A stretch of 64,000 nt of DNA from Candidatus Micrarchaeaceae archaeon (GTDB lineage Bacteria; Chloroflexota; Dormibacteria; Aeolococcales; Bog-877). The position numbers were made by a program, and so were the translations under genes. The stretch lies in assembly GCA_035531715.1 (NCBI GenBank), contig DATKSI010000034.1, positions 7,822 to 71,821 of the forward strand. Direction: 5' to 3'. Positions 9,506 through 18,172 of this stretch are shown one piece after another. The notes below the pieces were generated by a model, which saw only the letters and a program-made list of their open reading frames with translations, was not told the origin of the DNA and searched no databases. Position 1 is the first letter of the stretch. Each line of letters opens with the position of its first letter.

Positions 9506-10129
9506 ATGGCGGTAAGTCGACCCGTCGGTTCGAGGATCCCTCATCTCATGACCCCACCCAAGCTCTTCCGGGGCGAGCTGATTCGCTTAGCTGCGCCGCG
9601 CGCCGAAGACGCGGACCTCTTTTCGAGATGGAGCGAAGATGCTGAGTACCGGCGTCTGGCCGACACCGATGCGCCGCGACCACTTCCGGCGGACTACTTC
9701 AGCGAGCGCGACCAGGTCGCTGAGCCATCACCGGGCACCTATGAGTTCCGCCTCAGAACGATCGAGGCGGATCGGTTGGTGGGGTTCGTCGCGCTCTTCA
9801 ATATTGACTGGCCCAACAGCCACGGTTGGGTCGCGGTAGGGATCGGGGATCCTGCGGATCGGGGCAAAGGATTCGGCAGGGAGGCGGTGAGCCTGGTGCT
9901 TCGCTTCGCATATCACGAGCTGGGTCTGCGCCGGGTGAGTCTCGACGTTATCGCGGACAATCTGCCCGCTATCGCTCTCTATCGCAGCCTTGGATTCCGG
10001 GAGGAGGGCCGGCTGCGCGAGCGCGTATACCGGGACGGAGTCACCTCCGACCTGATCTACATGGGTTTACTGCGGCGCGAATGGGAGGAGCTTCGAGGAG
10101 GCGCCCGGATGGCGACCGGTCAGGGGTAG
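9506..10129 (+). CDS. GNAT family N-acetyltransferase (RimJ/RimL-like)
   Basis: GIGDPADRGKGFGREAVSLVLRFAYHELGLRRVSLDVIADNLPAIALYRSLGFREEG is the acetyl-CoA-binding motif A region. Confidence 0.8.
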   Translation: MAVSRPVGSRIPHLMTPPKLFRGELIRLAAPRAEDADLFSRWSEDAEYRRLADTDAPRPLPADYFSERDQVAEPSPGTYEFRLRTIEADRLVGFVALFNIDWPNSHGWVAVGIGDPADRGKGFGREAVSLVLRFAYHELGLRRVSLDVIADNLPAIALYRSLGFREEGRLRERVYRDGVTSDLIYMGLLRREWEELRGGARMATGQG

Positions 10130-10136
10130 CCGGCAA

Positions 10137-10817
10137 ATGCAACAGTCCCCTCCGCCTTCCCCTCCGGACCCCAGCAGTTGGCTGCCCTGGACCCGGCGCA
10201 GTCAGATGCGGGCGTCGGACGCAGATCGGGAGCAGGCGGTCGCCGAGCTCAAAGAACACCACGTCCAGGGCCGGCTCACCTCGGACGAACTTAGCGACCG
10301 GTCGCAGCTGGCGTTCGCGGCCAAGACGACGGGTGATCTGAACGAACTGCTGTCGGATCTTCCGGGCCAGCCCCGAGGGATGATGGTGCCCTGGAACGGT
10401 GCCAGAAGTCTCACGAGTCGGAGTCCCTTTCCGGGACTCGGCTACCTTGGGTTCTGGCCCCGCGCGGGAGCTCTCTTTGCGGACACCATGCTGTTGAGCG
10501 CGGCGATCGAACTCACCCGACCGCTGCTTTACTTCCCCGGTCGGGCCGAGGTGCTGGGCATCTCGCCCCTAGCCTACTTCGTGGTGGCCTGGGCCACCAC
10601 CGGAAGAACGGTCGGGCTGTGGCTGGTGGGGGGCCGGGTGGTTCGCCAAGAAGATGGCGGGCGGTTGGGATTTGGCCGGAGTCTGATCCGATTGGTTGGC
10701 TACCTAGTGGACACCGCGACCGCGTTCGTGGGCTTCGCCTGGACCGCGGTCGATCGTCGCAAACAGGGGTGGCACGACAAGATGGCCGGGAGCTACGTGG
10801 TCCGAAGGCTGAGTTGA
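10137..10817 (+). CDS. DUF1707-like N-terminal domain fused to an RDD-family membrane domain
   Basis: MRASDADREQAVAELKEHHVQGRLTSDELSDRSQLAFAAKTTGDLNELLSDLP is the DUF1707 pattern. C-terminus has TM helices ending ...AVDRRKQGWHDKMAGSYVVRR (RDD family ending). Start may be ATG 10206. Confidence 0.7.
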   Translation: MQQSPPPSPPDPSSWLPWTRRSQMRASDADREQAVAELKEHHVQGRLTSDELSDRSQLAFAAKTTGDLNELLSDLPGQPRGMMVPWNGARSLTSRSPFPGLGYLGFWPRAGALFADTMLLSAAIELTRPLLYFPGRAEVLGISPLAYFVVAWATTGRTVGLWLVGGRVVRQEDGGRLGFGRSLIRLVGYLVDTATAFVGFAWTAVDRRKQGWHDKMAGSYVVRRLS

Positions 10818-11594
10818 TCCCAGCCCCGGAGGATCGGCCCCGGCGTGGGGTTGCTCGTCGGGCAGCCACACGAGGCCAAATCGTCGCGAGATCCGGTGGA
10901 GCGCGGCCAGAAACGGCAGGCCGAACACCAGAACCATGAGTGCGTTGCCGCCGGCTCTGAACCCGTCGTACCCGGCCGAGGTCACCAGGTAGTACTTGGC
11001 GAAGTGCAGCATGGCGACTCCGGGACTGAGCGAGGGACTCCATCCGATCTGGGGTGAGGATTGGAAGAAAGTCCAGTTCCAGATGTCCATCACGGCGCCG
11101 AATCCGAAGCCGCTCAAAATGCCCACCCCGACCAGCAACAGGACGTCGCGCCGCCGCGGTTTTCGATTCGCGAATGGCAGCCCTACCAGCCCGGCAAATG
11201 CTCCGACCCAGCCGACCGCGAAAATCTGATAGGGCACCCACGGTCCGATCCCTCCGGTCACCAAGGCGGACACCAGCAGGGAGCACGCTCCCAGCAAAAA
11301 CCCGAACTCGGGCCCCAGGGCGTAGCCACCACAGAGCACCAAAAGGAAGATCGGACTAAAGCCGCCGATTCCCGTCACCAAGGCGGCCCGGAGTCCGGCG
11401 TCCACGGCGCTTAGGGCAGCGAGCAGCGCCAACTGGCGGGAGTCCATCCTCCTGGTCCCGACCTCGAGCCCAAGAAGTCCCAAAGTAGCGCCGAGCCCGA
11501 TCGCCAGCGCCGGGGTTGCGGCCGGTAGACCGAGCCCGCTGAACGGCCACAGGAAGAGGCCGACCCCCAGGGCGGAGATGAGCAGTAGGATCAT
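10704..11594 (-). CDS. Polytopic membrane protein, putative ECF transporter S (substrate-capture) component
   Basis: About 6 TM helices. Last gene of the riboswitch-led ECF operon, with an ATGA overlap with the ATPase gene. The subfamily was not assignable by eye. Confidence 0.6.
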   Translation of the reverse strand: MILLLISALGVGLFLWPFSGLGLPAATPALAIGLGATLGLLGLEVGTRRMDSRQLALLAALSAVDAGLRAALVTGIGGFSPIFLLVLCGGYALGPEFGFLLGACSLLVSALVTGGIGPWVPYQIFAVGWVGAFAGLVGLPFANRKPRRRDVLLLVGVGILSGFGFGAVMDIWNWTFFQSSPQIGWSPSLSPGVAMLHFAKYYLVTSAGYDGFRAGGNALMVLVFGLPFLAALHRISRRFGLVWLPDEQPHAGADPPGLGSTQPSDHVAPGHLVVPPLFATIDRGPGEAHERGRGVH

Positions 11595-12934
11595 GCCGCC
11601 CGCTCGCCCGGCTCCCGGAGGTGGCCCGAGTCCAGTTCGAGCACCCGGTCCCCGAGCTGGCGGGCGAACTGGCTATCGCTGGTGGCGACCAATATGGCGG
11701 CGCCCTCGGTCGCGAGCCGCTCCAAGATCCGTAGAAGCAGTACCCGAGAGGTTTGGTCGGCGCCTCTGGTCGGCTCGTCGAGGAAGACCATTTCCGGCGA
11801 GCCGACCAGGACGGCGGCCAATGCCGCCCGCTGTCTCTGCCCGGTGCTGAGATCCCGAGGATCGAAGCTGGCCACGTCGGTGAGCTGGAGCTCCTCCAGA
11901 ACCGGTCCCGGGCGGCACTCCAGCCTGAGCCATCGAATCGTCTGGCTCACCTCCTCCACCAAGCTGGCCTGATGGAGGACGCTCCCAGCCTCCTGGGGAA
12001 GATAGGCGCGACGGCCCGGGCGGCGATTCACTGACCCGGAGAGGGGCGGGAGCAATCCGGCGACGGTGCGAAGCAGGGTGGTCTTGCCGCTCCCGTTGAT
12101 CCCCGTCAAACAGAGTACCTCCCCCTGCCGACACTCGAGATCGATCCCGGTGGCCACTGCCTGCTGGTGGCCCACGCTGAGGTCCCGCAGCTGCCATGCC
12201 GGTGAGCCGACCGGTCTAGCAGTGCCCCGGGGGAGTGTGCCCGGCCCGGACTTCGCAGGTGCCTCGGCGAGCAGTGAGCCGTGGCTGAGCTCCAGTCGCT
12301 GCGATCCGGTCGAATCAACCCTCCAGGGTCGGTGTTCGGCCACGACCACGGCCAGACCACGGCCGGCCAGGGCCTGACATTCGCGTCTCAGCGAATCAGC
12401 CCCGGAGTCGTCCAGCTGGGAGGTCGGCTCATCCAGCACCAGTATTCGGGGCCGCATGGCGAGGGACGCCGCCAGCGCCACCCGCTGCCTCTGGCCGCCC
12501 GAGAGCGTGGCGATCCACCGATCGGCGAGGTTAAGGATGCCCATTGCGCGGAGGGCGTCTTCCACCCGGTCCCCGATCTCCGCCGCCGGCAGTCCCAGGT
12601 TCTCAGGGCCGAAGGCGACCTCGCGGCGGACGGTGGCCATGACGAACTGGGATTCAGGCTCCTGGAACACCATCGCTACCTCCCGGGACAGTCGTCTGGT
12701 GCTGGTCGTTCGCAGGTCGTGGCCCAGGATCCAGGCCCTCCCCCGCACCTGCCCGCCATGGAAGTGGGGGACCAGCCCGTTGAGGCTGCGGAGCAAGGTG
12801 GTTTTGCCGCTGCCGGAGGGACCTCCAAGGATCGTCAATCCCCGCTCGAGCGGAAAACTGATCTGGTCCAGCGCCGGTACCTTGGTCTCGGGGTACCGGT
12901 AGCAGAAATCTTGGAAGAGGGCTAATTCGCTCAA
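11591..12934 (-). CDS. Fused ECF transporter ATPase (EcfA-EcfA', two ABC domains)
   Basis: Two Walker A motifs (GGPSGSGKTTLL, GINGSGKTTLL), two signatures (LSGGQRQRVALA, LSTGQRQRAALA) and two Walker B motifs (ILVLDEPTS, MVFLDEPTR). TTG start at 12934 in a TTGA overlap with the EcfT stop; the ORF-track start at 13597 lies inside ecfT. Confidence 0.85.
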   Translation of the reverse strand: MSELALFQDFCYRYPETKVPALDQISFPLERGLTILGGPSGSGKTTLLRSLNGLVPHFHGGQVRGRAWILGHDLRTTSTRRLSREVAMVFQEPESQFVMATVRREVAFGPENLGLPAAEIGDRVEDALRAMGILNLADRWIATLSGGQRQRVALAASLAMRPRILVLDEPTSQLDDSGADSLRRECQALAGRGLAVVVAEHRPWRVDSTGSQRLELSHGSLLAEAPAKSGPGTLPRGTARPVGSPAWQLRDLSVGHQQAVATGIDLECRQGEVLCLTGINGSGKTTLLRTVAGLLPPLSGSVNRRPGRRAYLPQEAGSVLHQASLVEEVSQTIRWLRLECRPGPVLEELQLTDVASFDPRDLSTGQRQRAALAAVLVGSPEMVFLDEPTRGADQTSRVLLLRILERLATEGAAILVATSDSQFARQLGDRVLELDSGHLREPGERAA

Positions 12935-13749
12935 GGCACCAGGGCTGGCGCGAAGAGCGCCAGGCAGCAGAGCATCGGCCACCAGGTCAACTGGGGCAGG
13001 ATGAGACTTGGGTAGGGCTGCCAGCTCGGCACCTGGGCAAGGACGAGGGCAAGGAGAAATCCGGCCATTGCCGCCAGTGAGGTAGCGGTGATGACTACGT
13101 CGCGGATTCTGAACTTCGATGGGCGCAGCGAGGTACGGGGACCAGAGCCGAAGGCCCGCGCCTCCATCGCTTCCGCGAGCAGGACCGAACCCTCGATGGT
13201 AGTGAGCACCGACGGCACGACCACGGCCGTCCAGGAACGCATGCCCCGCGGGCGCCAACCTCGCATTTGCTGGGTCTCTCGAACCGCGACGAAGCTGCGA
13301 CCGAGGCGCGGGACCAGCGTGATGGCCGCGCCCAGCGCCGCCCCCGTCCGAGAGAGTCCAGCCGGGAGCGAGTCCACCAGCCGATGCGGCTCGACCACCA
13401 GGGAGAGGCTGATTCCGGCGAGGATGCAGGCGGCCAGGCCCAGGGCTAGGTCCAACCCGTAGGCGGCGCCCTCCAACGTCAATGGACCCCCGAAAGCGGG
13501 CACCCAGCCCGGCAAGTTCAGCAACACGGTCCGCCCGGTATGGCTGAGCAGGAAGTTGAACACCACCGTCAGCAAGGCAGCGATCGCGACCGCCCACAGC
13601 GCGGGGCGCACTCTGGTCCCCACCCTCCGATGCACCAGCAGCACCGCCAGCGCTGCTCCCAGAGTGAGGACCCGGAGGATCGGGTCCTCACTCCCCAGGC
13701 TGAGCAGCAGCACGGCGGCGACCCAGACCGCCAGGGGGCGCGGATTCAT
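12931..13749 (-). CDS. ecfT: ECF transporter transmembrane component EcfT (CbiQ family)
   Basis: Polytopic protein with the CbiQ-like loop AVRETQQMRGWRPRG...LLAEAMEARAF. ATG 13749 lies 4 nt after the lipoprotein stop. Confidence 0.8.
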   Translation of the reverse strand: MNPRPLAVWVAAVLLLSLGSEDPILRVLTLGAALAVLLVHRRVGTRVRPALWAVAIAALLTVVFNFLLSHTGRTVLLNLPGWVPAFGGPLTLEGAAYGLDLALGLAACILAGISLSLVVEPHRLVDSLPAGLSRTGAALGAAITLVPRLGRSFVAVRETQQMRGWRPRGMRSWTAVVVPSVLTTIEGSVLLAEAMEARAFGSGPRTSLRPSKFRIRDVVITATSLAAMAGFLLALVLAQVPSWQPYPSLILPQLTWWPMLCCLALFAPALVP

Positions 13750-13753
13750 CAGG

Positions 13754-14239
13754 TCAGAACTTCGGAGGCCGAGGCGGCGGCGGCGGGGTTCCCGCGCTGG
13801 GGACAAACCGCCATCCCAATGCCTGATGTGAGTTCAGAGTAATGTCACTGATTCCGGTTGAGGCCAGTTTCCACTTGCCCGCTCCGGACCACACGAAGAG
13901 TGCCCAGTAGGGTTTGCCCGTACCGAAGCAGTCCGTGTAGGACTTGGGGTCGCTGTCGATTTGGCAGACGGCGTCGCCAAAGCTGAAGTGCTGAGTGGCG
14001 AATTCGATCTTGCTCCGACGCAAGGCGGTCTCTCCTTTGATGCTGGGGCCGGTGAAGCCGACGCAGCGGTCCACCACGTGGTGGCTCCCCGTCTCCACCA
14101 CCACCTCCACGGATTTGCCCGAGCCCGTGCACGTCGCAGTCGGCGTGGAGCTGCTTCCGCCGCCCTCACCGCAGGCCGAGATCAGTAGACCAAGGGCGAC
14201 CGTGGCCAGTGCTGCGCTGGCCCACTGAGACGATCTCAT
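13754..14239 (-). CDS. Secreted lipoprotein, DUF4430-like (transcobalamin-like beta domain)
   Basis: Signal peptide plus lipobox (ALGLLISAC). C-terminal KPYWALFVWSGAGKWKLASTGISDITLNSHQALGWRF resembles the DUF4430 pattern. First cistron after the cobalamin riboswitch. Confidence 0.65.
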   Translation of the reverse strand: MRSSQWASAALATVALGLLISACGEGGGSSSTPTATCTGSGKSVEVVVETGSHHVVDRCVGFTGPSIKGETALRRSKIEFATQHFSFGDAVCQIDSDPKSYTDCFGTGKPYWALFVWSGAGKWKLASTGISDITLNSHQALGWRFVPSAGTPPPPPRPPKF

Positions 14240-14244
14240 CGTCT

Positions 14245-14492
14245 CTACCTCCTGGCGGCAGTTCTGTCCCGTGACGCCAGAGGTGGACCTGCCGCCGAAG
14301 GCCGACCTTCCCGTTGCGCGCGGGGGTGCTTCGATCCCTCGGGGCCGGTCTCCTGGCTCGCGGATCAGCGCCTCTCGCCGCCTTCCCGGGACTCTCCCAG
14401 TGGCTCGCTGGCTCGGGCTCCCCGCTCACAGTTGCGCGACAGCTCCGGAATTGGGGCGACCCCGCACCGGATTCCCATTCGCCCATCGGGCT
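14245..14492 (-). promoter_or_regulatory. Cobalamin (B12) riboswitch with expression platform
   Basis: The minus strand reads AAUGGGAAUCCGGUG..UCCGGAGCUGUCGCGCAACUGUGAGCGG..GAGCCACUGGGAGAGUCCCGGGAAGGCGG..CGCGAGCCAGGAGACCGGCC (core, GCCACUG, B12 box). An 8-bp helix GGCGGCAG/CUGCCGCC follows, abutting the GGAGG Shine-Dalgarno. Confidence 0.85.
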
Positions 14493-14720
14493 ATTCGATT
14501 GTCAACTGAATAGTAGGGGCAGGTCGCCCGGATGGGAAGTGCCCAGGTGGGCGCCGGCCGGACCCCGAGATCGCCGGTGCGATCAGTCTCCGCATCTCTC
14601 GGCCGGATCGTGACGCTCTGAGTGGCCCGGGTGGGCCGGATCCACCCCCCTCAAGGCGAGCTGACCCTGGGGCACCGTGCGGTCGGTGGCCGAGCAGGTC
14701 GCCCCAAGACTCTGCCGGCC

Positions 14721-15977
14721 CTAGCCTCGCAACGGGCCCCGATTGACCGCGACCGGCAGCTGCCGACCCAACCGCCTGGCGAACCCGACCAACCCGGCGC
14801 AGACCGCAGCCCAGAGCAGCCAAAGTCCCGGTCGGAGGAGAGAGCCCACCACCAATCCTCCGATGGATGGGCCGACCAGGAGTCCAACTCCCCAGGAGAG
14901 GTTGAAGGCGGCCATGTACCGGCCGCGCATGGCGGCCGGGGCCAGGTCGGCGACTAACGGACCGATGGTGGCACTGAGCAGGCATTCCCCCAGTCCAAAG
15001 CAGACCGCGAACGCCCCCAGCAGCAGGCTGGCCGTCAGCCCGTGGGTGAGACTGGCAACCTCACCGATCAACCAACTGACCATCCAGGCGGCCGCGCTGA
15101 GCGCGAGTGTCTGGGAGCGGTCCAGTTCCCTCACCGCCCGGCTGATCGGCAGCTGGGCGACCACAATGAAGGCGGTGTTGGCGGCCAGAACCACCCCCAA
15201 GGCAAGAGTGGGCACCCCGAGGAACACTCGGGCGTAAAGGGGGACGGAGCTCTCGAGCTGGGCATACGTCGACAGGACCACCACCGCGTTGAAGGCGATC
15301 AGCGCCATGAATGTTCGATCCCGCAGGACCAGCCGGTAGCTTGACTTCTCTGCGCTACCACCGAGATGCCTCCCGGTTGGGACCAGGCCGACGACCAACG
15401 CACCGAACACCAGGAAGCTGACGGCATCAATCAGATAAATGGTGGTGAAACTGGACGGGCGCGAGGTCGAGACGACCAGCCCCCCGATAACCGCCCCAAT
15501 CCCAATACCCAAGTTGGTGGCTGCGTATTGCAGGGAGGCAGCCGACGAACGCTGGGAGCGAGTGGTCACGGCCGCTATCAGGGATGCCATCGCCGGATAG
15601 AAGCAGCCGAGCCCGGCGCCGATCAGCAGCATTGCCACACCGGCTTCGGGCGCCGTCGAGGCGAACCCGAACCAGAAATAACCGAGGGCCTGCAAGGTCA
15701 GGCCGCCGACCATCATCGTGCGCGGTCCCAGCCCATCGATCAGAGTGCCGCCGACGGTGCCCGCCAGGAGGGAGGCCAGCGCCGAGGCCGAGATGATCAC
15801 TCCCACTTCGGGGATGGGCAGTCCCCGCACCAGGTGCAGGTAGATCGAGCCAAACGGTAGAACGAAGCCGTTGCCCACCGCGGAAATCGCGACCCCGAGG
15901 ATCACCATCCACACGCCGGTGGGCAATTCAGGTTTGAGGCTGTGCAGGTAGCCGGTGGGGGCACGGGGGCCGGTCAC
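14721..15977 (-). CDS. MFS transporter (12 TM)
   Basis: 418 aa, hydrophobic throughout, with MFS-like loop motifs. Confidence 0.8.
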   Translation of the reverse strand: MTGPRAPTGYLHSLKPELPTGVWMVILGVAISAVGNGFVLPFGSIYLHLVRGLPIPEVGVIISASALASLLAGTVGGTLIDGLGPRTMMVGGLTLQALGYFWFGFASTAPEAGVAMLLIGAGLGCFYPAMASLIAAVTTRSQRSSAASLQYAATNLGIGIGAVIGGLVVSTSRPSSFTTIYLIDAVSFLVFGALVVGLVPTGRHLGGSAEKSSYRLVLRDRTFMALIAFNAVVVLSTYAQLESSVPLYARVFLGVPTLALGVVLAANTAFIVVAQLPISRAVRELDRSQTLALSAAAWMVSWLIGEVASLTHGLTASLLLGAFAVCFGLGECLLSATIGPLVADLAPAAMRGRYMAAFNLSWGVGLLVGPSIGGLVVGSLLRPGLWLLWAAVCAGLVGFARRLGRQLPVAVNRGPLRG

Positions 15978-16154
15978 GGTCGGCTCGACCCCCGGAGGGG
16001 AAGGGGACTTGCCTCCCTCTGGCCGGGACTTGGACCAGGGGTCAGGGACACTGACTGAGTGACCTCATGAGCAGAAAATCCACTAGGGGCCCGCGCTGCC
16101 AGCGGATCAAGTGGCTGATGACTCCGCCGCGACCTTGGCTATCCTGAACTACTC

Positions 16155-17990
16155 ATGCCCCTTCGCGAAGACCTGCGCAACGTCGCGATCGTCGCCCACG
16201 TCGACCATGGCAAGACCACGCTGGTCAACGCCATGCTCCTGCAGACGGGGTCCTTCCGGGCAAATCAGGAGATCACCGACCGGGTTCTGGACTCTGGTGA
16301 CCTGGAGCGCGAGAAGGGAATTACCATCCTGGCCAAACACACTGCGGTGCAGTACGGCCCGACCAAGATCACCATCGTCGACACCCCAGGGCACGCGGAC
16401 TTCGGTGGCGAGGTGGAACGGGGTCTGGCCATGGTGGACGGAGTCCTGCTGCTGGTGGACGCATCCGAGGGCCCGTTGCCGCAGACCAGGTTTGTGCTGC
16501 GCAAGACGCTGGAGGCCCGGCTGGCGGTGGTGGTGGTGGTCAACAAGGTTGACCGCCCCGATGCCCGCATCGACGAGGTCGTCCGGGAGATCGAGGACCT
16601 GTTCCTCGATCTCGGCGCGGATGAGGAGCAGATCGTCTTTCCCGTCCTCTACGCCAATGCCAGAGCCGGGTGGGCGAGTACCGATCGAGCGGTCCCCGGC
16701 ACCGATTTGGTTCCGCTGTTCGACGCCATCGTCCACAGCATCCCGGCCCCGTCGTACGAAACCGGGCACAAGCTGCAGGCGTTGGTCACCAACCTCGACG
16801 CCTCCGCCTACGTGGGCCGATTAGCCATCTGCCGGGTCCACAACGGGACTTTGCGCCGGGGGGAGAGCGTGGCCTGGTGTCGGGTCGACGGCTCGGTGGA
16901 ACGCGCCAAGATCACCGAACTCTATGCGTCCCGAGCACTGGACCGGGTTGAAGTTGAATCCGCCGGTCCCGGGGAGATCGTCGCGGTGGCCGGTTTCTCC
17001 GACATCTCGATCGGGGACACCCTGGCGGACGCCGAGGACCCTCATCCCCTCCCCGCGATCCTGGTCGACGAGCCGAGTCTCGCCACCACCATCGGCATCA
17101 ACACCTCTCCCCTATCCGGGGACGACGGCAGCAAGCTGACCGCTCGGATGATCAAGAATCGGCTGGACGCGGAGCTGGTCGGGAATGTCTCCCTGCGGGT
17201 GCTGCCGACGCCGAGACCTGACACCTGGGAAGTGCAAGGTCGCGGTGAGCTGCAACTGGCGGTGCTGGTCGAGACCATGCGGAGAGAGGGATTCGAGCTC
17301 ACCGTTGGCAAGCCGCAGGTGGTAACCAGAGAGATCGACGGCAAGCTCCACGAGCCGATGGAGAGGGTCGCGATCGACGTTCCCGAGGACTATGTCGGAG
17401 TGGTCACCCAGCTGCTGGCGCTGCGCCAGGGTCGGCTGGAGGAGATCGTCAACCACGGTACCGGCTGGGTGCGAATGGACTACCGAGTACCTTCTCGAGG
17501 ATTGGTGGGATTTCGCACGGAATTTCTTGTGGAGACGCGCGGGACCGGGGTGCTCCACAACGTATTCGACGGTTGGGAACCGTGGCATGGCGCGCTCAAA
17601 ACCCGCCGCAATGGTTCGATGGTGGCGGACCGACGGGGGATGTCGACCACCGAGGCGTTGATGTCGCTGCAGGAGCGCGGCACGATGTTGATCGGACCGG
17701 GCACGCAGGTGTATGAGGGCATGGTGGTCGGAGAGAACGCGCGCCTTGACGAGATGGATGTCAACCCCACCAAGGAGAAACAGAAGACCAACATCCGTTC
17801 CTCGACCCAGGAAGAATTGGAGCGACTCACGCCGTTTCTCCAGTTTTCGTTGGAGCAAGCGTTGGAATTCATCGGCGAAGACGAGTGTGTCGAGGTGACG
17901 CCCAAGGTCGTGCGGTTGCGCAAGATGATCCTGGATCAGAGCCTTCGCGCACGCCAGCACCGGGTATCACGCCGCGACGCTCGCGGCTAG
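16155..17990 (+). CDS. typA: Translational GTPase TypA/BipA
   Basis: NVAIVAHVDHGKTTLV, DTPGHADFGGEVER, NKVDR, and the full-length EF-G-like layout ending ...VEVTPKVVRLRK. Confidence 0.95.
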   Translation: MPLREDLRNVAIVAHVDHGKTTLVNAMLLQTGSFRANQEITDRVLDSGDLEREKGITILAKHTAVQYGPTKITIVDTPGHADFGGEVERGLAMVDGVLLLVDASEGPLPQTRFVLRKTLEARLAVVVVVNKVDRPDARIDEVVREIEDLFLDLGADEEQIVFPVLYANARAGWASTDRAVPGTDLVPLFDAIVHSIPAPSYETGHKLQALVTNLDASAYVGRLAICRVHNGTLRRGESVAWCRVDGSVERAKITELYASRALDRVEVESAGPGEIVAVAGFSDISIGDTLADAEDPHPLPAILVDEPSLATTIGINTSPLSGDDGSKLTARMIKNRLDAELVGNVSLRVLPTPRPDTWEVQGRGELQLAVLVETMRREGFELTVGKPQVVTREIDGKLHEPMERVAIDVPEDYVGVVTQLLALRQGRLEEIVNHGTGWVRMDYRVPSRGLVGFRTEFLVETRGTGVLHNVFDGWEPWHGALKTRRNGSMVADRRGMSTTEALMSLQERGTMLIGPGTQVYEGMVVGENARLDEMDVNPTKEKQKTNIRSSTQEELERLTPFLQFSLEQALEFIGEDECVEVTPKVVRLRKMILDQSLRARQHRVSRRDARG

Positions 17991-18172
17991 GATTCGGGCC
18001 GACGGTATCTAAAGTGGGCCTGGAGACCGGGCGAGGTCGGGGTCGGCGCGGCCGGCTATCGGCGACTTGATACGCCTCGACCAAAGGGGGCGGAGCGGCC
18101 GAAGTGCCCGGGGGCGCCGTGGAGTCGATGAGGTATTGGCCGCACGCCCATCCCTTCCGCTAGCCTGAGGCG

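Noticed and set aside
16138-16150. The 13-nt string gctatcctgaact is shared between the typA upstream region (16138-16150) and the fdxA upstream region (59979-59991). It contains a TATCCT -10-like hexamer.
   Set aside because: Rough expectation for 13-nt identical matches within 64 kb on both strands is tens of occurrences by chance. There is no extended similarity around it. It may still be a -10 element but is not evidence of a shared regulatory motif.
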